Source: an uncultured Chloroflexia bacterium (GTDB lineage Bacteria > Chloroflexota > Limnocylindria > Limnocylindrales > CSP1-4). From it: a stretch of 64,000 bases of DNA. The translations under genes were made by a program, and so were the position numbers. Positions 44,952 through 54,274 of this stretch are shown here, piece by piece (positions within the stretch are counted from its first letter, which is position 1; each line of letters starts with the position of its first letter). The notes under the pieces are model-generated. The model worked only from the letters and a program-made list of their open reading frames with translations. It was not told the origin of the DNA and made no database searches. The stretch spans positions 39,051 through 103,050 of the forward strand of contig CAVQCV010000003.1 of NCBI GenBank assembly GCA_963711105.1, given 5' to 3'.

Positions 44952-45140
44952 GGGCCCCGTCCCCGCGCCGCGCCCCCGCGCCGCGCCCCCGCGCCGCGCC
45001 CCCGCGCCGCGCCCCCGCGCCGCGTCCCCGCGCCGCGCCCCCGCGCCGCGCCCCCGCGCCGCGCCCCCGCGCCGCGCCCCCGCGCCGCGCCCCCGCCGCC
45101 CCCGCGCCGCGCCCCCGCCGCCCCCGCGCCGCGCCGCGGC
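44952..45140. repeat. 13-bp tandem repeat (gcgccgcgccccc) x about 14 between the sensor kinase and response regulator genes
   Basis: Near-perfect copies run from about 44965 to about 45140 and end 4 bp from the HK stop codon. No spacers, so this is not CRISPR. Confidence 0.9.
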
Positions 45141-45143
45141 GAA

Positions 45144-46475
45144 CTACTGAGCCGGCCCGCCCACCGGGAACTCGGCGTGCAGAACGGTGGGACCGCCCGC
45201 GGGGCTGCTGACGAAGAAGCGGCCGTCCAGGGCTTCGACCCGATCGCGCAGGCCGGCCAGCCCGCCGCCTTCGGCCAGGGACGCGCCGCCCTTGCCGTCG
45301 TCCCAGATCTCGACGATCAGCCAGTCGCCCCGACGGTTGCAGCGTATCTCGCAGTGAGTGGCCTGAGCGTGTTTGGCCACGTTCGTCAGCGCCTCGGACA
45401 CCACGAAATACGCGGCCCGCTCGACGGCGTGGGGCTGGCGCTCGCCGGGCGCCAGGGTGCTCTCGACCATCGTCGGCACGGGGCATCGGCCGGCCACGGA
45501 CCCCAGCGCCGCCACCAGGCCGCGGTCCAGCAGGATCGCCGGCGCCGAGCCGCGGACCAGCTCCCGAAGTTCCGCCAGGGCCTGGCGGGCTTGCTCGCGT
45601 GCGTCGCCCATCAGCTGCTTGGCCGCGGCCGGATCGGATTCGACCTTGTCGCTGGCCAGGCTCAGGTCGATGGCCAGCATGACCAGGCGTTGCTGCGCGC
45701 CGTCGTGCAGGTCGCGTTCGATCCGCCGAAGTTCGGACGCCTCTATCTGCAGCATTGCCGAACGGCTGTCGCGAAGACTCTCGACCTTCTGCCGCAGTTC
45801 GGCCGTCTCGCTGGTGCACAGCAAGCCCTGCACCACGGCCCGGTGCAGGCTCATCAGGCCTTTCGAGAGCGACAACCAGACGGGGATCAGCACCAGACCG
45901 GCGATGAACAGCACGGTCAGCAGGCCCGGCATGGCGCTCTGGATCCGGGTGGGGATGTAGAGGTGGTCGCCGGCCACGTTGGTGATCTCGTAATAGAGGA
46001 GCGGCAGGAACAGGAGGCCCATGCTGATCGCCCACACGACCACCAGGACGGAGAACTCGAGCAGGGTCAGCGGGAACGAGATCAGCACGTAGATGACGTC
46101 GCGCCAGCGGCTCGCGTCCATGAATTCGCCTTCGGCCACGCCGCGCAGGCCACCCTCGAGGGCCCGGTAGGTGTGTGGCCGAAGAGGTCGCGGGTCCACG
46201 AGCGTCATCCGCCAGCGTTCGATCCGGGCCGAGAATCGGGCGATTTCGATGCCGAGGCCGATGATGGCGAAGCCGACCAGGATCACGAGCATCGAACCGC
46301 CGCTCGAAAAGGCGGCCGCCATGAAGCCAAAGGAGAAGACGCTGACGAAGAAGCCCAGCACGATCGAGCCGGCGGCACGCCAGCAGGCCGCGTCGAACGG
46401 CGACAGGACGAAGCCGCGCACGATGGAGCGGGGTCTGACCTCGACTCCGGGGAACGGAGCGCGAAAAGTCGTCAT
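45144..46475 (-). CDS. Sensor histidine kinase (HisKA_3/NarX-type) with an N-terminal membrane sensor domain
   Basis: H-box ERDLHDGAQQRLVMLAIDL. ATPase motifs VVSEALTNVAKHA, DDGKGG, GLAGLRDRVEALDGRF. Four to five N-terminal TM segments. The 632-aa overlapping ORF 44794..46692 is rejected. Confidence 0.8.
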   Translation of the reverse strand: MTTFRAPFPGVEVRPRSIVRGFVLSPFDAACWRAAGSIVLGFFVSVFSFGFMAAAFSSGGSMLVILVGFAIIGLGIEIARFSARIERWRMTLVDPRPLRPHTYRALEGGLRGVAEGEFMDASRWRDVIYVLISFPLTLLEFSVLVVVWAISMGLLFLPLLYYEITNVAGDHLYIPTRIQSAMPGLLTVLFIAGLVLIPVWLSLSKGLMSLHRAVVQGLLCTSETAELRQKVESLRDSRSAMLQIEASELRRIERDLHDGAQQRLVMLAIDLSLASDKVESDPAAAKQLMGDAREQARQALAELRELVRGSAPAILLDRGLVAALGSVAGRCPVPTMVESTLAPGERQPHAVERAAYFVVSEALTNVAKHAQATHCEIRCNRRGDWLIVEIWDDGKGGASLAEGGGLAGLRDRVEALDGRFFVSSPAGGPTVLHAEFPVGGPAQ

Positions 46476-46733
46476 GATGGCTAGACCTTAGCCGGGGCGG
46501 ACGAGTTAGAACAGCGGGCCAGCGCGCATGCCCGAGATGGTGCCAGCCCCAGTAGTCGGTTGCAGCCCGCTCCAGCCGGCGGCGGCAACCTCGTTCGGCC
46601 GACTCGATCGACCCGACCCGGCCGCCGCGGCGGTCCACGCTCGGCGTTCGCACCCAGCGCCGGGCAGAATAGCGGTAGCGGCCCGTGGCCACGCGGCAAC
46701 CGGCAGTGGGCAGTAGTGGAGGTCAGGGCTTCA

Positions 46734-47951
46734 ATGTCCGAATGGCCCGGGTCGGGTTGGGGGGCCGACCCAGATTCCCACGATCGCCGGCCGGGTCCGG
46801 CGCGTGAGATGCTGGCCGCGCTCGCGACATTGATCGTGCTGGGCCTGGACGCCCTCGTCCTGCCCTGGATCTACTGGGGCTTTGGCAGCGGCGGCGACTC
46901 GCAGGTCGTGAACGAGTTCAGCCTGTGGACGCTGTTCCACGGAGGCCAGGCCTCCGATCTGGGGGTGGGGTGGCTGATCCCGATTGCCTACGGCATGGGA
47001 GTGGCCCTGATCGGCACCCTGGCCGAGCTGGTCTTCCGGCCGACGCATCCCTGGCCGAGGTGGCTGAGCGTCGGTGGCTTCGCGGTCGCGCTGCTGGGTG
47101 CGTGCGTCGGTCTGATCGTGGGGTCCAGCAGTTCGGGCGACCTGTCCGGCGTCTTCTCGAACCCCATGACGACGGGCTTGGATGCCGGTTTCTGGATCGG
47201 GCTGGTGGGCGCCGGTTTCGGCACGGCGATGTCGGCCATCCACCTGCTCGCGCCCCCGAACGAAACCCAGAAGCCGCCGCCCTTCCGGCGCAGCCCGTGG
47301 GGACGTCCCGCGCCCGTCGCGCCGCCCGGCTTCATTCCGCCGCAACCCGATGCCTGGGTCGACTACATCCGGCGGGGCGAGGTGCCGCCCGGCTATGTGC
47401 CGCCGTCCTACGGCCCGGCCGTGTACCCGACCCCGGGCTTCATGACCCCGGCCTACATCGCCCCCGGATACAGGGGCAACGCGGCGTCGCCCTTCGCGGG
47501 CTCGGACGACGTGGGCGAGCCGCCGCCGGATGTCGTCGTGGCCCAGATGCGCGCTCGCGGCAGGGTCGTCGTGGCGGACGGGCCGCACGTCAGTACGTTG
47601 CTCGTGGAGCCGGGTCGGCGGCTGCTCGTCGGGCGCGACTCCGAGGCGGAGATTCGCGTGACGGACCACAGTGTCAGCGAGCGACACGCCGCGATCGAGC
47701 GTCGGGGCCTTGGCTGGGCGGTCCAGGACATCGACGCCTTCAAGGCCACCCGGCTGGTGGACGCGTGGGGGGCGCAAAGCCTGATCCGCGGCGAAGTCGA
47801 GATCCCCGCCGGCCAGCTCCAGGTCGGCAACGTCGTCGTCACGATGTTCCCCGTCCAACCCGAGAAGCCCGAGCCGCCGCCGGCCGAAGACGGGGACTCG
47901 GCACTCGCCGCCGGCTCAGACGGCGAGTCTTCGGGCGGTAAGTCGGGCTAG
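46734..47951 (+). CDS. Membrane protein with a C-terminal FHA domain and a Pro/Tyr-rich linker
   Basis: GGAGG lies 11 nt upstream of the ATG at 46734. Five to six TM segments. Linker PPGYVPPSYGPAVYPTPGFMTPAYIAPGY. FHA core LLVGRDSEAEIRVTDHSVSERHAAIERRGLGWAVQDIDAFKATRLV. Confidence 0.6.
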   Translation: MSEWPGSGWGADPDSHDRRPGPAREMLAALATLIVLGLDALVLPWIYWGFGSGGDSQVVNEFSLWTLFHGGQASDLGVGWLIPIAYGMGVALIGTLAELVFRPTHPWPRWLSVGGFAVALLGACVGLIVGSSSSGDLSGVFSNPMTTGLDAGFWIGLVGAGFGTAMSAIHLLAPPNETQKPPPFRRSPWGRPAPVAPPGFIPPQPDAWVDYIRRGEVPPGYVPPSYGPAVYPTPGFMTPAYIAPGYRGNAASPFAGSDDVGEPPPDVVVAQMRARGRVVVADGPHVSTLLVEPGRRLLVGRDSEAEIRVTDHSVSERHAAIERRGLGWAVQDIDAFKATRLVDAWGAQSLIRGEVEIPAGQLQVGNVVVTMFPVQPEKPEPPPAEDGDSALAAGSDGESSGGKSG

Positions 47952-47953
47952 CG

Positions 47954-48793
47954 ATGAGCTACGATTTGATGGTCTTCGACCCAGCCGCTGCGCCTTCAGG
48001 GCACGCCGAGTTCATGAAGTGGTACGAAGATCAAACCAAGTGGGAAGAACCCCATGGCTACGACGATCCGGCCGTTTGTATGCCAAGCCTTCGTGCCCTT
48101 CTCTTGGACCTCGTCGTTCGGTTCCCGGCGCTGAATGGCCCGCTGGCGCCACCGAAGCTACCGGAGGACGAGTCGGTGCCGGCGGACTATTCCATCGGAA
48201 GGCAAGTCGTGTACGTGGCCTTTGCTTGGTCGCGGGCCCAGGAGGCTTACTCCGTCCTTCGGGAGCTGGCAGGAAAGCACGGTGTCGGGTTCTTCGACGT
48301 GAGCGGACAAGAGGAAGAAGTGTGGCTGCCGTCAAGCGGTCGGGTCGTGCCGGCGCATAGCAAGCGAAATCAGTCGACGGGGTGCGTGCTGCAGGTCGAG
48401 GGCCGCTCACCAATCGCAAATCCGACAGACGAGCAGATCGGCACGGCCCTGAGCATGCTGAACTCAGCCGGCCCTTCCTTCGCGATCCTGGAATCGCCCG
48501 ACAAAGGCTACGTCCAGTGTGCAGGCGCGGCGGACAGGCTGACGGTGGAGTGGCGCAATGGCTCGGGCACCAACTTCAAGCACTTCGTAGGAGGCAAGGG
48601 GACCCCCAAAGCCGTCCGGGCGTTGTTTTCGCGGGGTACGGCGGCAATTCAGACCAGCGCTGCCCGCGTCATGGTTCGGAACGATCAGGTGCTCACGCAA
48701 GAAGACGCACGCGCGGTTTTCGTGGCCTTCTTGCACGGCAAGCCACTAACCGGACTGCTGAAATGGACGGACGCAACCAGCCAATTCGACTGA
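47954..48793 (+). CDS. Hypothetical protein, noticeably lower GC than its neighbours
   Basis: Starts 2 nt after the FHA gene's stop. N-terminus MSYDLMVFDPAAAPSGHAEFMKWYEDQTKWEEPHGYDDP. Codon usage is much less GC3-biased than in surrounding genes. Confidence 0.5.
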   Translation: MSYDLMVFDPAAAPSGHAEFMKWYEDQTKWEEPHGYDDPAVCMPSLRALLLDLVVRFPALNGPLAPPKLPEDESVPADYSIGRQVVYVAFAWSRAQEAYSVLRELAGKHGVGFFDVSGQEEEVWLPSSGRVVPAHSKRNQSTGCVLQVEGRSPIANPTDEQIGTALSMLNSAGPSFAILESPDKGYVQCAGAADRLTVEWRNGSGTNFKHFVGGKGTPKAVRALFSRGTAAIQTSAARVMVRNDQVLTQEDARAVFVAFLHGKPLTGLLKWTDATSQFD

Positions 48794-49029
48794 GACCAGG
48801 GCGACCCCTCGGCCCCAGGTCAATACCGATCCCGGATGCCGAGCCGACGATGCGCTGCTAAGGCGCGTTCCACCAAGTGCCCCCGTCCATTCTCCAGCCC
48901 TAGTGGAATTTCGGCCCATCCTGCCACCGCGCCTTTTCTCTGTTGATTGCCCGCGGGAACCCGGTCGAATACTCCGTATGGCACGCCCGAGAAGCACAGG
49001 CACGGGCGACTAAACGCAGGTCGACTGCG

Positions 49030-50925
49030 TTAGTAGACAAACCCGCCCGGAATCTCCGGCGACATGATCTCTACGACGCTGACATTCCGAAAGTCATTCT
49101 GGACGGACCGCTCGTCGGTCAGGATGACCTGGAGTGATGTGGCTCCAGTCGGCTGGTCGATGGCCAGAGAACCGATCCTCCAGCCGGAAGGTTCCGGCTC
49201 CCCGAAGGCGCTCGGCTGAGTCGACGTCCTGACTGTGCGCAGCGCCGCGCCGTGAGCATCGGGAACCGACGCCTCGACCCCGCAGTCGCCGCGTGCAAGG
49301 GGGCACCTGTACTCGAACCGGACCATGTACTGGTTCGCGGGAGCCACCGACAGGCTCTGGCTCACCGTCTTGGCGCCAGTCGGATCGGCCGAGATTGCGT
49401 CAAGGCGAGAGAGCGGGCCGTCACCGACTAGATCGGGGCCGGTCGTTGGTGCCGGATAGGCCACTATGCGCGCTCCGCTCACGGGCTGGCCGTCGATCAT
49501 CGTCGGATCGGGTGAGTCATAGATGACGAACGTCTGTACGTCCACCCGCCCCGACGATGGACCGGCGGTCATCTCGAGGATGTACCGGTACGGCGCGTCC
49601 CAGGACTCATACGGCCATTTCGTCACGAGCCGAACACTGAATGGCGCCCCACGCGCCTCCGACTCGATGGCCGCCACCTGAGCCTTCATGCTCGCCACAG
49701 ACCGCGGATCGACGGGCGCTGATCTCGCCGCCAGGAGCAGCGAGCCGCCGCCGACCGCGACGATACCCACGATCACGATGGCAGTGGCCGTATTCAGCAC
49801 GCCCGTGGCCTGTGGCTTCCAGGAGGTCAGCCGCTCACGCGTGGTCGCGAGGGCAAAGCCAGCGAAGAGAAGCGGCGCCGGGGCGAGGATGTACAGGTAG
49901 TAGTCCTGCATCGCCACGGGCCAGAACGCGTAGAGCAGCATCGTCGGTACGAGCAGGATGACGGCGAGGAGCGTGGGCCTGTTCTCGCCGAATGCTGCCC
50001 GTCTCGCAGCCCAGATGAAACCCACGGCCGCAGCGAGCCAGATGGCGAACCCGGCAGGCCCGGTGATGAACGTGCCAGCGATCTCGATAATGCTTCCGAG
50101 CTGGCTCGATGGTGCTGGCCCCGGGCTCCCGCTGCCATGGCTGAGGACGACCGCCACCATCGCTGCCGAGTTCGCGAAGTCGTGTGACAGCTCGTAGACC
50201 AGGAAGGGGGCAGTGACCAAGATTGCGAGGCCGAGTGATGCGGCCACCAGGCGAAGCGATACGCGAGGACGGACAATCGCCCACCAGACCGCGATCATCG
50301 GCAGGAGGAGCAGGGCTTGATCGTGCATCTGCCAGGCCATCGCCAGTGCTGGCATGAGCACGAGCAGACATTTCGAGCGGCCCTTCGAGAGGGCGAACAG
50401 ACACAGCAGAACCAGCATCTCGAGCGGGGCGATTACCTGCGGGTTCCACTCCATTCGTGCGTAGCCAACGGTCACACCGTTGGTGGCCCAAAATGCACCG
50501 GCCGTGAGGCCCGCGGCCCAACCAGCGACCTTCCGTCCGACGAGGACGAGCATCAGCACAGCCAGGACGTCTGCGATCACGTTGGTGAGGGCTCCTGCTA
50601 TTGGATCCCCGCCCGATAGCAGGAACGAAGGAAGCAACAAGTAGTACCAGACAGGCCCGCGATGGAAGGTCCCGGTGCTCGCGGTGGGACCGAGAAGGGG
50701 GAAACTGCCGTTGCTAATCATGTTCTCGACGATCGTCGAGTCGCGGCCCTGATCGCCGTAGTAGCCGCTCATGGCAGACAGGTGATCAATCCGCAGACCT
50801 AGAGCAATACCCACGATCGCGATGAGCGCCAGCCACGGCAGCAAGGCTCTCGCGGTGTCGCGATGCGAGCACGCGACCATCCCCTCGCGTTCGTTCAATC
50901 GGCGCATCGGGCCATACTCGCGCAA
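49030..50925 (-). CDS. GT-C fold membrane glycosyltransferase (family 39 / ArnT-PMT-like)
   Basis: About 11 N-terminal TM segments with YYGDQGRD in the first loop, which occupies the acidic-loop position of GT39/GT83 enzymes. Large C-terminal extracytoplasmic domain. Confidence 0.7.
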   Translation of the reverse strand: MREYGPMRRLNEREGMVACSHRDTARALLPWLALIAIVGIALGLRIDHLSAMSGYYGDQGRDSTIVENMISNGSFPLLGPTASTGTFHRGPVWYYLLLPSFLLSGGDPIAGALTNVIADVLAVLMLVLVGRKVAGWAAGLTAGAFWATNGVTVGYARMEWNPQVIAPLEMLVLLCLFALSKGRSKCLLVLMPALAMAWQMHDQALLLLPMIAVWWAIVRPRVSLRLVAASLGLAILVTAPFLVYELSHDFANSAAMVAVVLSHGSGSPGPAPSSQLGSIIEIAGTFITGPAGFAIWLAAAVGFIWAARRAAFGENRPTLLAVILLVPTMLLYAFWPVAMQDYYLYILAPAPLLFAGFALATTRERLTSWKPQATGVLNTATAIVIVGIVAVGGGSLLLAARSAPVDPRSVASMKAQVAAIESEARGAPFSVRLVTKWPYESWDAPYRYILEMTAGPSSGRVDVQTFVIYDSPDPTMIDGQPVSGARIVAYPAPTTGPDLVGDGPLSRLDAISADPTGAKTVSQSLSVAPANQYMVRFEYRCPLARGDCGVEASVPDAHGAALRTVRTSTQPSAFGEPEPSGWRIGSLAIDQPTGATSLQVILTDERSVQNDFRNVSVVEIMSPEIPGGFVY

Positions 50926-50969
50926 GTGCCGGCTAGCGAGACTCAGAAGGGCTCATCTGAGCGTGAAAT

Positions 50970-51044
50970 TGGAGGGCCGTGTGGGATTCGAACCCACGAC
51001 CAGCCGATTAAAAGTCGGCGGCTCTACCGCTGAGCTAACGGCCC
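50970..51044 (-). tRNA. tRNA-Lys (anticodon UUU)
   Basis: Hand-folded cloverleaf: acceptor GGGCCGU/ACGGCCC, D-arm GCUC-AGCGGUA-GAGC, anticodon stem GCCGA/UCGGC with loop CUUUUAA, T-arm GUGGG-UUCGAAU-CCCAC, 3' CCA encoded. Confidence 0.8.
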
Positions 51045-51218
51045 CGGAAAGGCCACGGGAACGCAGCCGGCCGGCGGCGCCGCGACGGTGCGCCCTATAG
51101 CGGCCTGACGGTGCGTTCGACCCGTGCGACCGGATAGTAGCCTGCCCCCGACGGCCACGTCACGCCGAGGCCGGGCCGTTCTGGGGTCCGGCCTTCGCCT
51201 CTGGAGTGGCGTCGTCGC

Positions 51219-53057
51219 CTAGTGCGGCGTCTGGCCGAGCAGGGTCAGGGCGGCCAGCAGCTGGCTGTCGCCCGACGAGTTCACGGTGGCGGCGGTCATC
51301 TTGTCGAGCTTGATCGGGTCTATCGGCTGGCCTCCGACCGGCAGCGCCACTGTCTGGTCCGGCTGGATGCCCACGCCGAAGATTCGGTGGCCCGAAGGCG
51401 TGAGCCAGTCCGCCACGCCGAGCAGGATGGCCGAACCGTCCGACAGAACGAACGGCTGGAGGACGGTGCCGGTGCCCACGGTGGTCTGGCCGACGATCTT
51501 GCCGCGCAGGTTGTCCTGCACCGCGCCGGCCACGATTTCAGCCGCGCTGGCGGTGTTGTGATCCACGAGGACGACCATGGGCAGGCTCGTGGCGGTCCAG
51601 GAGGTGTCAACGGTGATGCTGGTTCGCCGGCCCGAGGAGTTCTCCTCCTGGTAGATGGTGCCGGTGCTCAGGAATTCGCTGGCCACGTTGCGAGCTTCGC
51701 TGGCCAGCCCGCCCGGGTTGCCGCGCAGGTCCAGGACGATGCCGGTGGCGCCGGCTTTGGTAGCCCCGTCGATGGCTGTCTTGATCTGGTCGCCCGCGCC
51801 GTCGGCGAACTCGAACAGGGTGATGTCCGCCACTGTCGTGCCGGGCACCATGCCCCAGTCGACCAGCGGAGCCTTGATGGTCGCGCGCGTGACCGTTATG
51901 TCCACGGGCACGGTGGAGCCGGCATGGAGGATCGTCAGGGTAACCTGCGTTCCGGGCGTTCCTCGGACCTGGGCGGCCAGCTGGTCGAAGGTCTGGCCCG
52001 CGACCGATTTGCCGTTGACGGCGGTTATCTCGTCGCCGGTGAGAATGCCGGCCTGCTCCGCCGGCGACCCTGAGATCACCCGATCTATCACGAACGCGCC
52101 GCTGTCCGTGGTCAGGTAGACGCCGATGCCGGCGACGCTGCCGTTCAGCTGGCTGGTCATGTCGTTGAATTCCTGGGGCGTCAGGAAGCGGGTGTGGTTT
52201 GTGTCGCCGAGCGCGTCCACCATTCCCCGGATCGAGCCGTAGAGCAGCTGCTGGTCGGTAATCGACGCGCGGCCGACGTACTGGGACTTGATGTCCCGAA
52301 GCGCTTCTTCGTACACCGAGAAGCCCTGGAGCGGGCCGGAGGTCTGCGTTTGCGGCTGCGCGCTCACGACGACGGATCGATCCACGACCATGCCCAACGA
52401 GAACGCGATCAGGGCGGCGACGACGACGCCGGCGATGGCGGGCAGGCGACTCCTGCGGCGCCCGGACGGCTCGGGATACAGGTTCGAGAGCGACTGCCAG
52501 GGCTGCGGCCCGGGCGTCCAGCCGGACTGCTGGGCGGGCGGCCAGGAAGGTTGCTGGGCGGGCGGCCAGGAAGGTTGCGGGTTCTGGAAGCCGGGCTGCT
52601 GAGCGGGCGGCCAGGAAGGTGCGGGACCGGCGCCGGGGGGCGTGCCCCAGCCGGACTGCTGAGCGGGCGGCCAGGAAGGCTGCGGGCTCTGGAAGCCGGG
52701 CTGCTGAGCGGGCGGCCAGGAAGGGGCGGGACCGGGGCCGGAGGGCGTGCCCCAGCCGGGCTGCTGAGCAGGTGGCCAGTAGGGGTTCTGCGGATTCTGG
52801 AAGCCGGGGCCGGTGGGCGCCTGCCAGCCCGACTGCTGCCCGGACGGCCAGAATGGATTGTCCGCCCCGGGCGCCGGTCCCCACGGCCGTGCGTCCGTCG
52901 CGTTCGGGTCGGCCGCCTGAGCGTTCGCCTCCGCATCCGAGCCCGAAGGCAGTGCCTGATCGCCGTCGGCCGGGCCTCCGGATGGCCCGTCCGCCGGATT
53001 CGGTTCGTTGTCGTCGATATTCACTGCCGCTCTCGCTTTCCTGGTTGGTACGCACAT
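51219..53057 (-). CDS. S41 family C-terminal processing peptidase with a PDZ domain and a cytoplasmic Pro/Gln-rich repeat N-terminus
   Basis: N-terminal about 190 aa of degenerate repeats (WPPAQQPGWGTPSGPGPAPS, WPPAQQPGFQSPQPS). TM LPAIAGVVVAALIAFSLGMVV. PDZ GDEITAVNGKSVAGQTF. Catalytic region GIVLDLRGNPGGL. The 688-aa ORF 51607..53673 is rejected. Confidence 0.75.
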   Translation of the reverse strand: MCVPTRKARAAVNIDDNEPNPADGPSGGPADGDQALPSGSDAEANAQAADPNATDARPWGPAPGADNPFWPSGQQSGWQAPTGPGFQNPQNPYWPPAQQPGWGTPSGPGPAPSWPPAQQPGFQSPQPSWPPAQQSGWGTPPGAGPAPSWPPAQQPGFQNPQPSWPPAQQPSWPPAQQSGWTPGPQPWQSLSNLYPEPSGRRRSRLPAIAGVVVAALIAFSLGMVVDRSVVVSAQPQTQTSGPLQGFSVYEEALRDIKSQYVGRASITDQQLLYGSIRGMVDALGDTNHTRFLTPQEFNDMTSQLNGSVAGIGVYLTTDSGAFVIDRVISGSPAEQAGILTGDEITAVNGKSVAGQTFDQLAAQVRGTPGTQVTLTILHAGSTVPVDITVTRATIKAPLVDWGMVPGTTVADITLFEFADGAGDQIKTAIDGATKAGATGIVLDLRGNPGGLASEARNVASEFLSTGTIYQEENSSGRRTSITVDTSWTATSLPMVVLVDHNTASAAEIVAGAVQDNLRGKIVGQTTVGTGTVLQPFVLSDGSAILLGVADWLTPSGHRIFGVGIQPDQTVALPVGGQPIDPIKLDKMTAATVNSSGDSQLLAALTLLGQTPH

Positions 53058-53188
53058 GATGGCGCACCCGAGCCGACCGGGCCGGGTTGCCGGTCTCGGG
53101 TCCGGCTCGCGGGCCGGCGGGGACGCCCGGCGCGGCGGGGTAGGATGCGGACTGCGGCGATGCGGACTTCACCGTAGCGGGCGGGAAC

Positions 53189-54037
53189 GTGATGGCGAAC
53201 GCGATCGACTCGACCGAATCGAACGGCAGACCCGGGAGCCGAACCCGCTCATGGGCCGGCGACGTGGCCCGGGTTCGCCCCACCGTCCTGATCCTCGGCG
53301 GCTTCCTGACCCTGCCGCCGCTGTACCGGGCCTTCGCCGCGCGGCTCCTTCGCCGGGGAGTGGCCGGAGTTGTCGTGGCGCCGGTCTGGACCCCGGACTG
53401 GCTCCTCGTCGCCGCCCGGGGCCCCGCCGCGGTCGCGACCCGCTCTGGCCGCGCCCTGCTCGCCGCCGGCGAGATGGCCGCGGAGCTGTCCGGAGGGGCG
53501 CCGGTGCTCGTCGTCGGCCACTCGGCCGGCGGCCTGGTGGCGCGCATCCTGACCGCCCCGGAGCCACTGCCGGGGAGGCGATTCGGGGCGGCGCCGCGCA
53601 TCGGGGCCATCGTGACGCTGGGCACGCCGCACGTGATGGCGCGCGGGGAGGGGATCGGGAAACGGCTCAACACGTCGATCGCGGGCGTGGCCGACGCCGC
53701 GGCGCCCGGGACGTGCCACTCCCCGTCGATCGGCTACGTGGCGGTGGCCTCCCGCGCGGTCCGCGGCGATCCGGCGGGCACCGGCCGCGAACGGGCCGCG
53801 TACGTGCTGTACCGCTCGGTCATCGGCCGCGCGGCGACGCCCGGGACGGAGGGCGATGGGCTCGTTCCGCTCGTTTCGGCGATGCTGCCGGGGGCGCGGG
53901 CGGTCGTCGTTGACGACGCCATCCACGGCCCCGGTGCGGGTGCGCCGTGGTACGGCACTGACTCGCCGATGGACGTCTGGTGGCCCGAGGCGGTGTCCGC
54001 CTGGCGAGAGGCGCTGAGGTTCCGCGCGGGAGGCTGA
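53189..54037 (+). CDS. Alpha/beta hydrolase (lipase/esterase-like)
   Basis: Nucleophile elbow VVGHSAGGLVARIL. Gly-rich oxyanion region ILGGFLTLPPLY. About 280 aa. Confidence 0.65.
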   Translation: MMANAIDSTESNGRPGSRTRSWAGDVARVRPTVLILGGFLTLPPLYRAFAARLLRRGVAGVVVAPVWTPDWLLVAARGPAAVATRSGRALLAAGEMAAELSGGAPVLVVGHSAGGLVARILTAPEPLPGRRFGAAPRIGAIVTLGTPHVMARGEGIGKRLNTSIAGVADAAAPGTCHSPSIGYVAVASRAVRGDPAGTGRERAAYVLYRSVIGRAATPGTEGDGLVPLVSAMLPGARAVVVDDAIHGPGAGAPWYGTDSPMDVWWPEAVSAWREALRFRAGG

Positions 54038-54152
54038 GCGCCGGAGTTCGGGCCACCTGCGCGCCCCCCAATTCGGCCCCGATTCGACCTCGGCCGCCCC
54101 AGGCTCGCCCCCGATTCGCCCCGCGCCCGGCTCCGCCGCCAAGGGCGCCGGT

Positions 54153-54181
54153 TTGACTGGATGGGGTTGCACGGCTACTCT
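54153..54181 (+). promoter_or_regulatory. Sigma-70-type promoter for tRNA-fMet
   Basis: TTGACT (54153-54158), 17-nt spacer, TACTCT (54176-54181). The mature tRNA 5' end is 6 nt downstream. Confidence 0.55.
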
Positions 54182-54186
54182 TCGCG

Positions 54187-54261
54187 GGCGGGGTGGAGCA
54201 GCGGCAGCTCGTCGGGCTCATAACCCGAAGGTCGGCGGTTCGAATCCGTCCCCCGCAACCA
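54187..54261 (+). tRNA. Initiator tRNA-fMet (anticodon CAU)
   Basis: Near-identical to E. coli tRNA-fMet through the anticodon arm. Anticodon stem UCGGG/CCCGA has the three G-C pairs diagnostic of initiators. Loop CUCAUAA. Mismatched 1:72 pair (G1/A72). T-arm GGCGG-UUCGAAU-CCGUC. CCA encoded. Confidence 0.85.
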
Positions 54262-54274
54262 ACGCCGAAACCTG

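Noticed and set aside
44952-45140. Possible CRISPR array
   Set aside because: The unit is only 13 bp and has no unique spacers. It is a simple microsatellite. No cas genes are in the window.
44794-46692. 632-aa minus ORF and 524-aa plus ORF spanning the kinase region
   Set aside because: The histidine kinase frame (45144..46475, minus) has H-box, N-box and G-box motifs. The competing frames translate the 13-bp repeat array into PRPRAAPPRRAPA repeats and are otherwise motif-free.
49012-49031. Terminator for the GT39-like gene
   Set aside because: Only a 7-bp stem (aacgcag/ctgcgtt) overlaps the stop codon with no U-tract. Too weak to report as a feature.
51607-53673. 688-aa minus ORF
   Set aside because: It is an alternative frame across the S41 protease gene and antisense to the alpha/beta hydrolase. 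It is Arg/Pro-rich junk. The protease frame contains PDZ and S41 catalytic motifs.
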